From an uncultured Flavobacteriaceae bacterium (GTDB taxonomy: Bacteria; Bacteroidota; Bacteroidia; Flavobacteriales; Flavobacteriaceae), in NCBI GenBank assembly GCA_964650425.1, contig CAZYRG010000007.1, forward strand, positions 1 through 37,543: a DNA stretch of 37,543 nt, given 5' to 3'. Within the stretch, counting starts at the first letter, position 1; each line of letters starts with the position of its first letter. This document shows, piece by piece, positions 1 through 8,581 of the stretch. The translations under genes were made by a program, and so were the position numbers. The notes beneath the pieces were generated by a model. It worked only from the letters and a program-made list of their open reading frames with translations, was not told the origin of the DNA and did no database searches.

Positions 1-59
1 TAGGTGATCTTGATGCACTAGCTGATTTGAAAGCTAAAATGGAAAAAGGCGGTAAATAA
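1..59 (+). CDS. rpsA: 30S ribosomal protein S1, C-terminal end (partial)
   Basis: Frame from base 3 reads GDLDALADLKAKMEKGGK*, matching the Bacteroidota S1 C-terminus (TLGD.DALA.LK.KME). It is followed by a strong terminator. Confidence 0.8.
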   Translation, partial: GDLDALADLKAKMEKGGK

Positions 60-81
60 TCACCATTTTTCTTAATACTAT

Positions 82-116
82 AAAAGCCCTTTGCAATTGT
101 GCAAAGGGCTTTTTTT
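82..116. terminator. Bidirectional intrinsic terminator
   Basis: AAAAGCCCTTTGCA-attg-TGCAAAGGGCTTTT then a T-run, between the convergent rpsA and 177..1277 genes. Confidence 0.9.
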
Positions 117-176
117 ATAACGAAATCTCTTTTGATAAATAAAATAACGCTAGTTATTAATGTATAATACTAGAGT

Positions 177-1277
177 CTAAGCTTCTTTGATGATCTCATT
201 ATTAGGAACATCATTGAAAATATTAATGCCATTATTGATCATTACATTTTCTCCAATTTTAATACCAAGAAATAATGTTACTCCCATGCCTATAACGGTA
301 TTACTAGCGATGGTTACACCTCCAGCGATGATAGCACCAGGTGCAATATGTACATTATCTCCAATCTTTGTGTCATGAGAGATAATAGCACCAGAATTAA
401 TAATACAATTATCACCAATTTGAACATCACTCCCAATAATCGCACCTTGCATAATCTGGTTACCTTCTCCGATAACTGCTGATGGTTCAATAGATGCTGT
501 GGGATGAATAATATTTGGAACAAATAAGTCTTTTGATTTTAAAAAGTCAAAAAGTGTTTTTCTACTGGAGTGATTAAGAACTGCGCCTATTCCTAGAACT
601 ACATTTTTTAGCCCTTGCTCGATTAATAGGTCAATACTCTTACTGTCATCTCTACTAATTACAGGAATATGGAAAACAGAAGAGTTTATAGTAGAATTAG
701 CATCAGCTATACCTGCTATTTCAAAAGATTTATCTTGCTGTATGATATCAATGCACATTTTTGCATGTCCACCACCTCCAATTATCAATAGACTATTGTT
801 TTTAAAAGCTACTTCTATAGGTTTTGTAGAGTTTTGTGTGCCTAAATAGGTTTCTACATCGTCTTTTGTAATTAACGATTTTCCTGCAAAAGCTGTTTTA
901 ATATCAATATCATTTGTTTCGATCAGTCGTAAGGCTGGTTTGGAAATTTTTACATCAGGATTTTTTGAAGCGGTTTTTGACGTATTTTTTTTTGCTCCAT
1001 TGATTTTGGTAAAATAATCCTCAGGGATGGAGTCCATTTCTGAAATTACAGCTACGGCTTGTCCTATCGTTATTTCGTCATGCTCCTCGACATCAAAAAA
1101 AATGTATCCAGAAGTCGGAGCTTCCATATCAATAGCTGTTTTAGAAGTTTCAAAGCATAAAACGGGATCTCCTTCTTCAATTTGATTCCCATTCTCAGCA
1201 TACAGTTCTACGACTTTGTAAAACGCATCGCTTACACCTTCTTTTTTTACTATAATTGGCGTGATTTTATTTTCCAT
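177..1277 (-). CDS. Lipoyl domain + E3/E1-binding (PSBD) domain + PglD/NeuD-family sugar acyltransferase fusion
   Basis: N-terminal GDPVLCFETSKTAIDMEAPTSG (lipoyl-Lys motif, K46). ISKPALRLIETNDID...ITKDDVETYL is PSBD-like. LLIIGGGGHAK is the PglD N-domain motif, followed by IIHPTASI and hexapeptide repeats with IISHDTKIGDNVHIAPG. Confidence 0.85.
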   Translation of the reverse strand: MENKITPIIVKKEGVSDAFYKVVELYAENGNQIEEGDPVLCFETSKTAIDMEAPTSGYIFFDVEEHDEITIGQAVAVISEMDSIPEDYFTKINGAKKNTSKTASKNPDVKISKPALRLIETNDIDIKTAFAGKSLITKDDVETYLGTQNSTKPIEVAFKNNSLLIIGGGGHAKMCIDIIQQDKSFEIAGIADANSTINSSVFHIPVISRDDSKSIDLLIEQGLKNVVLGIGAVLNHSSRKTLFDFLKSKDLFVPNIIHPTASIEPSAVIGEGNQIMQGAIIGSDVQIGDNCIINSGAIISHDTKIGDNVHIAPGAIIAGGVTIASNTVIGMGVTLFLGIKIGENVMINNGINIFNDVPNNEIIKEA

Positions 1278-3258
1278 TGTAGGTTACTTTTATTTTTTCA
1301 AAAATTGAATTAGTATTAGGTATTGCTGCCATCTCGGCTTTAAAAGAACTTGGAATGATTTCATTGTTAGAAATTCTTTTGAAAGCACTTAATTGAATAT
1401 TGTTTTCCATTAATAAAGCAGCAATTTCAGAACTATAAGCTGCAACATTGCTACCTTCTTCCACAGTAAGTAAACGATTGGTAGCGGTAACTGATTCAAG
1501 GATAGGGGTGATATTCAATGGGCTAATACGTGAAGGACAAATAATCTCACAAAGTATTTCTTCTTCTTCAAAGGCGAGCTCTACAGCTTTTTCTACATCT
1601 CCTAACATTTCTCCATAACACACGATTGTAAGATCTGCTTTTTTCTGGTCCGGTGTTATTTTTAAGGTAGGGTAGTTCTCGTCAGTTATTTGTATAGTAT
1701 ATCCTAAAGGTGCTATACTTTGCAGTTGTTTGGTGTAAAGCACTTTATTTTCTATTACTAACGAAGGTATTTTTTCGGCAAAAACTGCTTCATATATTCG
1801 TAACGGGGAGATTCGATGATTAAGTGCTACGATAGATAAATCATTGATCCCAAGAAAATGTTTTTCTATAGATTGACTGTGTGTTGGGCCGTACCCCCTT
1901 TTTCCTCCCATTGGAGTTCTTACCACAAGAGGAATGTCTATTTGACCATTAAACATTTTGTTAAACTTACAGGCATGATTAAAGATTTGATCAAAGGTTA
2001 ATGTCATAAAGTCACCGAACATGATTTCGACAATTGGTAGCATACCTCCAATAGCTAATCCTGTGCCAATGCCAGTAATGGCGGCTTCAGAGATTGGGGT
2101 GTTTCGAACATTGTCAAATTTATCACTCAGGTCTTTGGATACTTTAAATGCTCCACCATAGGGGGCACTTGACCATTTAGAAAGATATTCAATGTCTTCG
2201 CCAATCATAACTGCATTAGCATGTTTGGTGAATTGGGTTTTTAGACTCTCGTGAATAAGTTCGTTAATTCTTTTTCCATCCCCGTCTTCTTGTAATGTTG
2301 AATAGTTGATTGGGGTTTGCAGCTGTTTATTTTGTTCAATTTTTTCTAGTGTAGGTAATTTTTCAGCTAATGCTGCAGCGTCATCTATTTGCTGTTGGAG
2401 ATGCTTCCGAAGTGCAGTAATTTCTTCAGGATTGTTTTCGGCTTCTTGATTTAGAATGTCTTTTAATTTATATGCAGCGATTTCGTCTGGATTTCTGTTA
2501 TCATCCCCTTTAGAATGTGAATATAGACGATACACATCAATTTCCAAAAAGACGGCTTTTTGTTCATTTCTTGCTAAAGAGGTTGCATGCTCAAAAGTTT
2601 TGACCATATCCTCAATATCCCAGATATTGGTTTCCAAATAGTGTAACCCAAATCCTTCTGCTCGTTTTTTGGTTGATCCAGCAAAAGTTTGTTCAAAAGA
2701 AGTTGATTGTGCAATTCTGTTGTTTTCGAGTACATAAACAATTGGTAAGTCCCAAATAGCTGCTAGATTGAACGCTTCGTATATCGTACCTTCTCCCAGT
2801 GTACCATCACCAATATAGCATACAACGATATTATCGTCCTTTTTAATTTTGTTTGCTAATGCTATTCCGGCACCTATAGGTGTCATACCTCCTTGTAATC
2901 CATTGGAAAGGTGGTTGGGTTTATAGAGGTGTTGACTTCCGCCCATACCGCCACAAATACCTTTTTCTTTGCCCATTAATTCTGCAAAAAAACCAACTAA
3001 ATCATTATCCCTGGAGAGCAGGTGTCCATGACCTCTGTGATTAGAAAGGACATAATCATTGTCTTGCAAATGCTCAGATGAACATACACCTATGAGTTCT
3101 TGACCAATACAGGTATGTACAGTTCCGTTTATTTTTCCATCCAAAAAAAGCGCTAATAGCTTCTCTTCTACCAGTCGAATCAAAAAGGCTTTTTCGATGA
3201 TTTTTGTTCTTGTGTCTTTAGTTATAGATTGCAATTTTAGATTTTCAGTCGGGTTCAT
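1267..3258 (-). CDS. Fused TPP-dependent 2-oxoacid/acetoin dehydrogenase-like E1 alpha-beta subunit
   Basis: Alpha motifs GTVHTCIGQE, SNHRGHGH, GDGTLGEG...ENN (TPP binding) and HSKGD. Beta motifs GEDI, NTPISEAAITG, EIMFGDF and GPTHSQS. Overlaps the downstream gene by 11 bp. Confidence 0.9.
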   Translation of the reverse strand: MNPTENLKLQSITKDTRTKIIEKAFLIRLVEEKLLALFLDGKINGTVHTCIGQELIGVCSSEHLQDNDYVLSNHRGHGHLLSRDNDLVGFFAELMGKEKGICGGMGGSQHLYKPNHLSNGLQGGMTPIGAGIALANKIKKDDNIVVCYIGDGTLGEGTIYEAFNLAAIWDLPIVYVLENNRIAQSTSFEQTFAGSTKKRAEGFGLHYLETNIWDIEDMVKTFEHATSLARNEQKAVFLEIDVYRLYSHSKGDDNRNPDEIAAYKLKDILNQEAENNPEEITALRKHLQQQIDDAAALAEKLPTLEKIEQNKQLQTPINYSTLQEDGDGKRINELIHESLKTQFTKHANAVMIGEDIEYLSKWSSAPYGGAFKVSKDLSDKFDNVRNTPISEAAITGIGTGLAIGGMLPIVEIMFGDFMTLTFDQIFNHACKFNKMFNGQIDIPLVVRTPMGGKRGYGPTHSQSIEKHFLGINDLSIVALNHRISPLRIYEAVFAEKIPSLVIENKVLYTKQLQSIAPLGYTIQITDENYPTLKITPDQKKADLTIVCYGEMLGDVEKAVELAFEEEEILCEIICPSRISPLNITPILESVTATNRLLTVEEGSNVAAYSSEIAALLMENNIQLSAFKRISNNEIIPSSFKAEMAAIPNTNSIFEKIKVTYNGK

Positions 3259-3369
3259 AATTTGAGGTTTAATATTTTTTTATAATCTTTTCAATTAATG
3301 ATTATTATTTTCTTTTTTTAAAGGGGTAGATAAAATTGTTTTAAATAGGAAAATGTATTCTTTTGCAAG

Positions 3370-3400
3370 CAAATTTATGCAATAATATTACCATTACAAA
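3370..3400 (-). promoter_or_regulatory. Bacteroidota housekeeping sigma promoter (-33 TTTG / -7 TAAATTTG) for the E1/E2-like operon
   Basis: Minus strand reads TTTG-N19-TAAATTTG (plus strand CAAATTTA 3370-3377, CAAA 3397-3400), about 110 nt upstream of the ATG at 3258. Confidence 0.65.
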
Positions 3401-3744
3401 TTACTGTGATTGTTTCTGATATGTTTTTTTTGTTTTCGGCTTTGCTTTTTGTAATCTTGAACTTGTCAGATAAAAAGCATAATTTTGTCATGCTTTATGA
3501 TTGTAAACCCGTATTGAAAATATCGTTATGGGTTACAAGATATAATTTAATGCCTAAGCTTTTGGAGTCGTTGACTTTTTTTGAGACTAAGAAACAATTG
3601 AGTGCTTATAGAACTGTGCCAACCTTGGCGATAAGTTATCAATAGTGGTATTGGATTAAAATGAAAAGGACCTAAATTAGGCGTAGGTCGTAAATCAACT
3701 GCAGTTCGTTAAAAAATGTTGTCAAAACTATTTCTATTATATTC

Positions 3745-3752
3745 TACTTTTG
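3745..3752 (+). promoter_or_regulatory. Putative -7 promoter box (TAnnTTTG) of the TonB-dependent receptor
   Basis: TACTTTTG 28 nt before the ATG at 3781. Confidence 0.45.
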
Positions 3753-3780
3753 ATTTTATTAATTCTAAATTATCTTCTAG

Positions 3781-6456
3781 ATGAACTATAAGATTGTTTT
3801 AGTGTTTTTTATACTATCGTTTTCGGGTATAGCTCAGAGTACAATAAATTCTGAAGAAGATAAAATAGCACTAGAAGAGGTGTTTAACGAATTAGAGGAA
3901 CTATATGCCATACATTTTTCTTATGTAGCGGATATCATAATTCAAGAAGAGGCTTTATTGAAAAAGGAAGGGACTCTAAAAGAGAAATTATTAGTCATTC
4001 AAAATCAAACCTCTTTAATATTCAAAAAAATAGACGAACAAAATTATGTAGTTCTTAGCCAAAGTGCTGAAAATAATTTTAGAATTTGTGGCAATTTGTA
4101 TAGTACTGCCAATAAAAAACCGATAAAAAACGCTGAGGTAACAACCGCTAATAATACGTTTTTTAATACATCAGATGAGAATGGTTTTTTTGAATTGTTT
4201 TTAACTGATATTCAAGATACTGTTTTTTTTCAACATTCAGATTTTCAAATAAAAACGGTAGAAGCTAAAGAATTATTTAAGAAAGATACATGTAAGGATG
4301 TTTTTTTGGATGAAGCAGGGTATAAACTAGAAGAAGTTTTCATTACTGACTATCTTACAAACAATTCGCTATATAAAAAGGCTATAAATCAAATACGTAT
4401 AGATCCTAATCAAATAGGAGTCTTGCCAAGTCTTGTCGAGCCAGATGTCTTAGAGCTTTTACAAATTCTGCCAGGCGTACAGAGTTCTAATGAAACGGCA
4501 TCTGATCTATTTATCAGAGGAGGGAACCCCGACCAAAACTTAGTTTTATGGGATGGTATTCGAATGTATAGTTCGGGGCATTTTTTTGGTTCTTTTTCTA
4601 GCTACAATCCATATGTAACAGAGGATGTTAAGTTGATACGTGGTGGTACGGATCCACAATATGGTGGTGCGGTATCGGGGATTGTTGATATTAGCTCTAC
4701 CGACATAATACCAGAACATATAAAAGGAGGTGGTGGATTGAGTCTGACGCATGGAGATGTTTTTTTAAAAGCGCCAATTGCAAAAAATCTTGGACTTATC
4801 GTTTCTGGTAGGAGATCCTACGTAGATCTTGTTCAAACTGGCACCTATAATAATTATTTGAATCGAAGTCTTCAGAACACCACTTTTTTTCAGAATAAAC
4901 CTCACTTTTTTGATAATGAAAAGGAAAGAACTACGGAGTATTATTTTGCTGATATAACAGGAAAATTAATTTGGAATGTATCCAAGAATGATAAAATTAG
5001 GGCAAGTTTTATCTACAATGAAAATGACACCTTTTACACTTTTAGGGCGCTAGAGGATGGTTCCAGGGGTTTTACGTCCAAGGATCAAATTGACGAAATC
5101 AAGATTATTAATAACGGAGTGAGTTTTATTTGGAATCATGATTGGTCTCCAAATCTTTCTCATACGATCAGTAGTTATTATTCCTATTTTAAAAATCAGT
5201 TTTTGGATGATGAAAAATTGTTTAGTGGTGAACCGTTTGATCCTGATAATTTATCTTTTCGAAGTGATTATGAAAGTACGAATCGGGTAAGTGAAATAAA
5301 TAGTTTTTTCGGATTAGATTGGAAAATTAATGCTTTTTTAGGATTGAAATCTGGATTCCAAATTTCGGATATCAATACTAAATTGCAAATTGATGAAATC
5401 ATGACGACAGTTGATGAGATGACTCCCTATACAGATCTTTACGAAAACACTAATTTTACGCGTTCTATCTTCTCGGATTTTAAGATTGCTATTAAAGATC
5501 GGTTTTCTGCTAATGTGGGTATTCGATTAAACGATTTTTCTATTTATCAAAATCCTGAATTAGATAAGCTCTATAAAGAACCAAGAATAAGAGTACAAGG
5601 ACGGATCAATAATCGGTTGCAAGCGCGGTTGTCTTATGATCAAAAATACCAAATGATGATCCAAGAATCTTTTTTTGAGGGAATAGAATTTAGAGTTCCA
5701 AGGAATATATGGTTATTAGCTGATGATGAATATGGTGAGCCATTGATGAGCGAACAATGGAGTTTTGGTTTTATTTATAGAAAAAAGAATTTGGATATTG
5801 ATGTCGATGTCTACCATAAGAGAATTAGTAATCTTTTTACTTTTTCCAGAGGTTTTGAACAGCTCCCTGTTTTTGATATTGGGGAGAGCAAGAATATTGG
5901 TCTGGATGTACTAATTAAAAAACGATTTAAGAAGTATCAAACCTGGATTAGTTACTCTTTGAGCAGTCAACGGTCAACATATGCAGACCTGAATAATGGG
6001 GATGCTTTTATCGGAAATTTCGATACACCAAATCGCTTTTCTTGGATTCATAGATTTCAGTTTGATAAATTGGAGTTTTCTTTGGGGTGGAACTACCGAA
6101 CAGGCGCTCCTTATAGTTCAAATGTAACATTGGCTATGATTGATGAAGAAGATCCAGACTTCAACCTTGAGGCCATAGAATTTGGAACATTAAATAATGC
6201 TAGGTTGCCAGATTATCATCGTTTAGATATTACTGGTACCTATAAATTTAAGTTTAGTAAAAGATCCAAGCTGAGAGGGAAAATAGCATTATCATTATTA
6301 AATATCTATAATAGAAAAAATACCTTGTCTAAATTATTTGTGCCAAAAGTGATAAGTTCCGATCCTGAAACTAATGAATTCATACGCGAGTTAGAAGAAG
6401 AAGATGTTAAGTCTTTGGGTTTTACCCCGAATGTATCTATTCGTTTTAATTTTTAG
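3781..6456 (+). CDS. TonB-dependent receptor with N-terminal STN-like and carboxypeptidase-regulatory-like domains
   Basis: Signal peptide; LEEVFNELEELYAIHFSY (STN-like); plug motifs QILPGV, IRGGNPDQNLVLWDG and QYGGAVSGIVDI; RLPDYHRLD; C-terminal Phe (SIRFNF). Confidence 0.9.
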   Translation: MNYKIVLVFFILSFSGIAQSTINSEEDKIALEEVFNELEELYAIHFSYVADIIIQEEALLKKEGTLKEKLLVIQNQTSLIFKKIDEQNYVVLSQSAENNFRICGNLYSTANKKPIKNAEVTTANNTFFNTSDENGFFELFLTDIQDTVFFQHSDFQIKTVEAKELFKKDTCKDVFLDEAGYKLEEVFITDYLTNNSLYKKAINQIRIDPNQIGVLPSLVEPDVLELLQILPGVQSSNETASDLFIRGGNPDQNLVLWDGIRMYSSGHFFGSFSSYNPYVTEDVKLIRGGTDPQYGGAVSGIVDISSTDIIPEHIKGGGGLSLTHGDVFLKAPIAKNLGLIVSGRRSYVDLVQTGTYNNYLNRSLQNTTFFQNKPHFFDNEKERTTEYYFADITGKLIWNVSKNDKIRASFIYNENDTFYTFRALEDGSRGFTSKDQIDEIKIINNGVSFIWNHDWSPNLSHTISSYYSYFKNQFLDDEKLFSGEPFDPDNLSFRSDYESTNRVSEINSFFGLDWKINAFLGLKSGFQISDINTKLQIDEIMTTVDEMTPYTDLYENTNFTRSIFSDFKIAIKDRFSANVGIRLNDFSIYQNPELDKLYKEPRIRVQGRINNRLQARLSYDQKYQMMIQESFFEGIEFRVPRNIWLLADDEYGEPLMSEQWSFGFIYRKKNLDIDVDVYHKRISNLFTFSRGFEQLPVFDIGESKNIGLDVLIKKRFKKYQTWISYSLSSQRSTYADLNNGDAFIGNFDTPNRFSWIHRFQFDKLEFSLGWNYRTGAPYSSNVTLAMIDEEDPDFNLEAIEFGTLNNARLPDYHRLDITGTYKFKFSKRSKLRGKIALSLLNIYNRKNTLSKLFVPKVISSDPETNEFIRELEEEDVKSLGFTPNVSIRFNF

Positions 6457-6633
6457 GTATATCATCACTTTGTGAGAAACCTCGTTTTTGAGTTTATACT
6501 GTTTGTTTCTTTAAGATTATTTGGATTTAATTGCGTTTTTGTTTTAAAAAATTAAACTGGAAGTAGTTCTTTTAAGAAGAAAAACAATTTTGATGTATCT
6601 TTACCACTACAAACCCATATCGGGAATCGCACT

Positions 6634-7179
6634 ATGAGTCAAAAGATACTACTTAATGCCAAAGAAGTCGATATTATCTTACATCGGCTAGCTTGTCAGA
6701 TACTCGAGAATCATACCCATTTCAATGATACTGTACTGATTGGTTTACAACCAAGAGGGGTGTATCTCGCTGATCGTATCAAAAAAATATTGGTGACAGA
6801 ATATCAGGTGCCCAATGTCAAATTAGGGCATTTGGATATTACGTTCTATAGAGATGATTTTCGTAGAGGCGATAAAATTCTGGAAGCGAACAAAACGCAT
6901 ATTGACTTTATTGTAGAAGATAAACGGGTAGTTTTTATAGATGATGTTTTGTATACAGGTCGGAGTATTAGGGCAGCATTGACAGCATTACAATCTTTTG
7001 GTCGACCCAAAGAAGTAGAGCTTCTAGCACTTATTGACCGAAGATTTAGCAGGCATTTGCCAATACAACCTAATTATCGGGGGAGGCAAGTCGATGTGAT
7101 TAATGAAGAAAAAGTGATTGTGAACTGGAAAGAGAATGAAGGAGAAGATGTAGTGTATTTGGTGAGCAAGGACAATTAA
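6634..7179 (+). CDS. pyrR: Bifunctional pyr regulator / uracil phosphoribosyltransferase PyrR
   Basis: LDITFYRDD, the PRPP motif VVFIDDVLYTGRSIRAAL, and LIDRRFSRHLPIQP; lies upstream of pyrB. Confidence 0.95.
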   Translation: MSQKILLNAKEVDIILHRLACQILENHTHFNDTVLIGLQPRGVYLADRIKKILVTEYQVPNVKLGHLDITFYRDDFRRGDKILEANKTHIDFIVEDKRVVFIDDVLYTGRSIRAALTALQSFGRPKEVELLALIDRRFSRHLPIQPNYRGRQVDVINEEKVIVNWKENEGEDVVYLVSKDN

Positions 7180-7295
7180 TAATTGATAAATAGAATTAAT
7201 AATTAATAATGTATAATGTGTAATGAGAAGTTTTAGTAAGGGATGTAGTTTGCTAATAGCAACTATTACTAATTGTTAATTACACATTACTAATT
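7174..7295. repeat. Inverted heptamer tandem array
   Basis: Left units AATTAAT/AATTGAT/AATTAAT/AATTAAT/AATGTAT/AATGTGT. Right units ACTAATT/GTTAATT/ACACATT/ACTAATT; ACACATT is the exact reverse complement of AATGTGT. Confidence 0.65.
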
Positions 7296-7306
7296 GTGAA
7301 AAAAGG

Positions 7307-8233
7307 ATGAGTGAATTAAGTGTCAATCACTTACTAGGAATCAAATATTTAAACGAAGATGACATAAATCTCATTTTCGAAACTGCAGATCATTTTAAAG
7401 AAGTGATCAACCGTCCTATTAAAAAAGTTCCTTCACTCCGTGATATTACCATTGCAAATTTATTTTTTGAAAATAGTACTCGTACACGATTGTCGTTTGA
7501 GCTAGCAGAGAAACGCCTGTCGGCAGACGTTATCAACTTCTCTGCGGCTTCTTCTTCTGTAAAGAAAGGAGAGACGTTGATTGATACCGTGAATAATATC
7601 CTGTCTATGAAGGTAGATATGGTCGTGATGCGGCATCCTAATCCCGGTGCAGGTGTTTTCTTATCCAAGAATGTAAAAGCGAGCATTGTCAATGCGGGAG
7701 ATGGAGCTCATGAACATCCTACACAAGCATTACTGGACACCTATTCAATTAGAGAAAAATTTGGAGATGTCGCCGGAAAAAATGTGGTGATCGTCGGGGA
7801 TATTTTGCACTCACGAGTAGCATTATCTAATATTTTTGCGTTAAAGTTATTGGGAGCTAATGTTAAAGTTTGTGGACCTAAGACACTTATTCCTAAATTT
7901 ATAGAATCACTTGGAGTTCAGGTTGAAACAAATTTGAGAGCAGCACTACAATGGTGTGATGTGGCCAACATGCTTAGAGTGCAAAATGAACGAATGGAAA
8001 TTAGTTATTTTCCATCGACTAGAGAATACACACAACAATTTGGAGTTAATAAAGCCTTGTTAGAGAGTCTGGATAAAGAAATCGTTATCATGCATCCAGG
8101 ACCGATTAATAGAGGTGTAGAGATTACGAGCGATGTTGCAGATGCTAAGCAATCGATTATTTTGGATCAAGTACAAAACGGTGTAGCTATCAGGATGGCA
8201 GTGATCTATCTGTTGGCTTCAAAAATAAAATAA
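7307..8233 (+). CDS. pyrB: Aspartate carbamoyltransferase catalytic subunit
   Basis: FFENSTRTRLSF, HEHPTQALLD, GDILHSRVA and MHPGP motifs. Confidence 0.97.
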   Translation: MSELSVNHLLGIKYLNEDDINLIFETADHFKEVINRPIKKVPSLRDITIANLFFENSTRTRLSFELAEKRLSADVINFSAASSSVKKGETLIDTVNNILSMKVDMVVMRHPNPGAGVFLSKNVKASIVNAGDGAHEHPTQALLDTYSIREKFGDVAGKNVVIVGDILHSRVALSNIFALKLLGANVKVCGPKTLIPKFIESLGVQVETNLRAALQWCDVANMLRVQNERMEISYFPSTREYTQQFGVNKALLESLDKEIVIMHPGPINRGVEITSDVADAKQSIILDQVQNGVAIRMAVIYLLASKIK

Positions 8234-8239
8234 GAGCTT

Positions 8240-8572
8240 ATGATTATCGAAAAAAGCGGTACTACTACCATCATTACACAAGAAAAAGCAACAATTGTGG
8301 AATTGGTAACACGATTGAACGCGCAATACGATGCTTTAAAAAATGATAATATCATCATTAATCTTTTTTCTTTAAAAAAAATTACCAATGCCGATATCAC
8401 CGAGTTTCTCTTACTTTCGCGAAAGCACAAAAAAGGAAATCACTCTTTTGTTATCGTAACAGATGTAATTAGCTACGATGAAGCTGCGGATGAAATAATG
8501 ATTACTCCTACCTTACAAGAAGCACATGATCTTATTGAAATGGAAGAGATTGAGCGGGATCTGGATTTGTGA
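8240..8572 (+). CDS. Conserved hypothetical protein (STAS-like fold suspected)
   Basis: 110 aa, tightly packed between pyrB and rnz. The C-terminal PTLQEAHDLIEMEEIERDL is typical of a conserved Flavobacteriaceae family. No HxHxDH motif. Confidence 0.75.
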   Translation: MIIEKSGTTTIITQEKATIVELVTRLNAQYDALKNDNIIINLFSLKKITNADITEFLLLSRKHKKGNHSFVIVTDVISYDEAADEIMITPTLQEAHDLIEMEEIERDLDL

Positions 8573-8581
8573 TAACCATCT

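Noticed and set aside
177-3258. Calling the operon an ordinary pyruvate or branched-chain dehydrogenase (pdhABC)
   Set aside because: There is no E2 catalytic domain (no DHRxxDG) and no E3 gene; the C-terminal domain is a PglD/NeuD-type beta-helix.
3406-3645. 79-aa GTG ORF in the divergent intergenic region
   Set aside because: No motif, AT-rich composition, and it lies in a probable promoter region. It cannot be supported as a gene.
3686-3726. Possible LytTR-type direct repeats (TCGT) upstream of the TonB receptor
   Set aside because: The matches are short and degenerate, with 18-nt spacing; not distinguishable from chance.
6457-6633. PyrR-binding attenuator upstream of pyrR
   Set aside because: No PyrR binding-loop consensus or terminator/antiterminator pair is visible.
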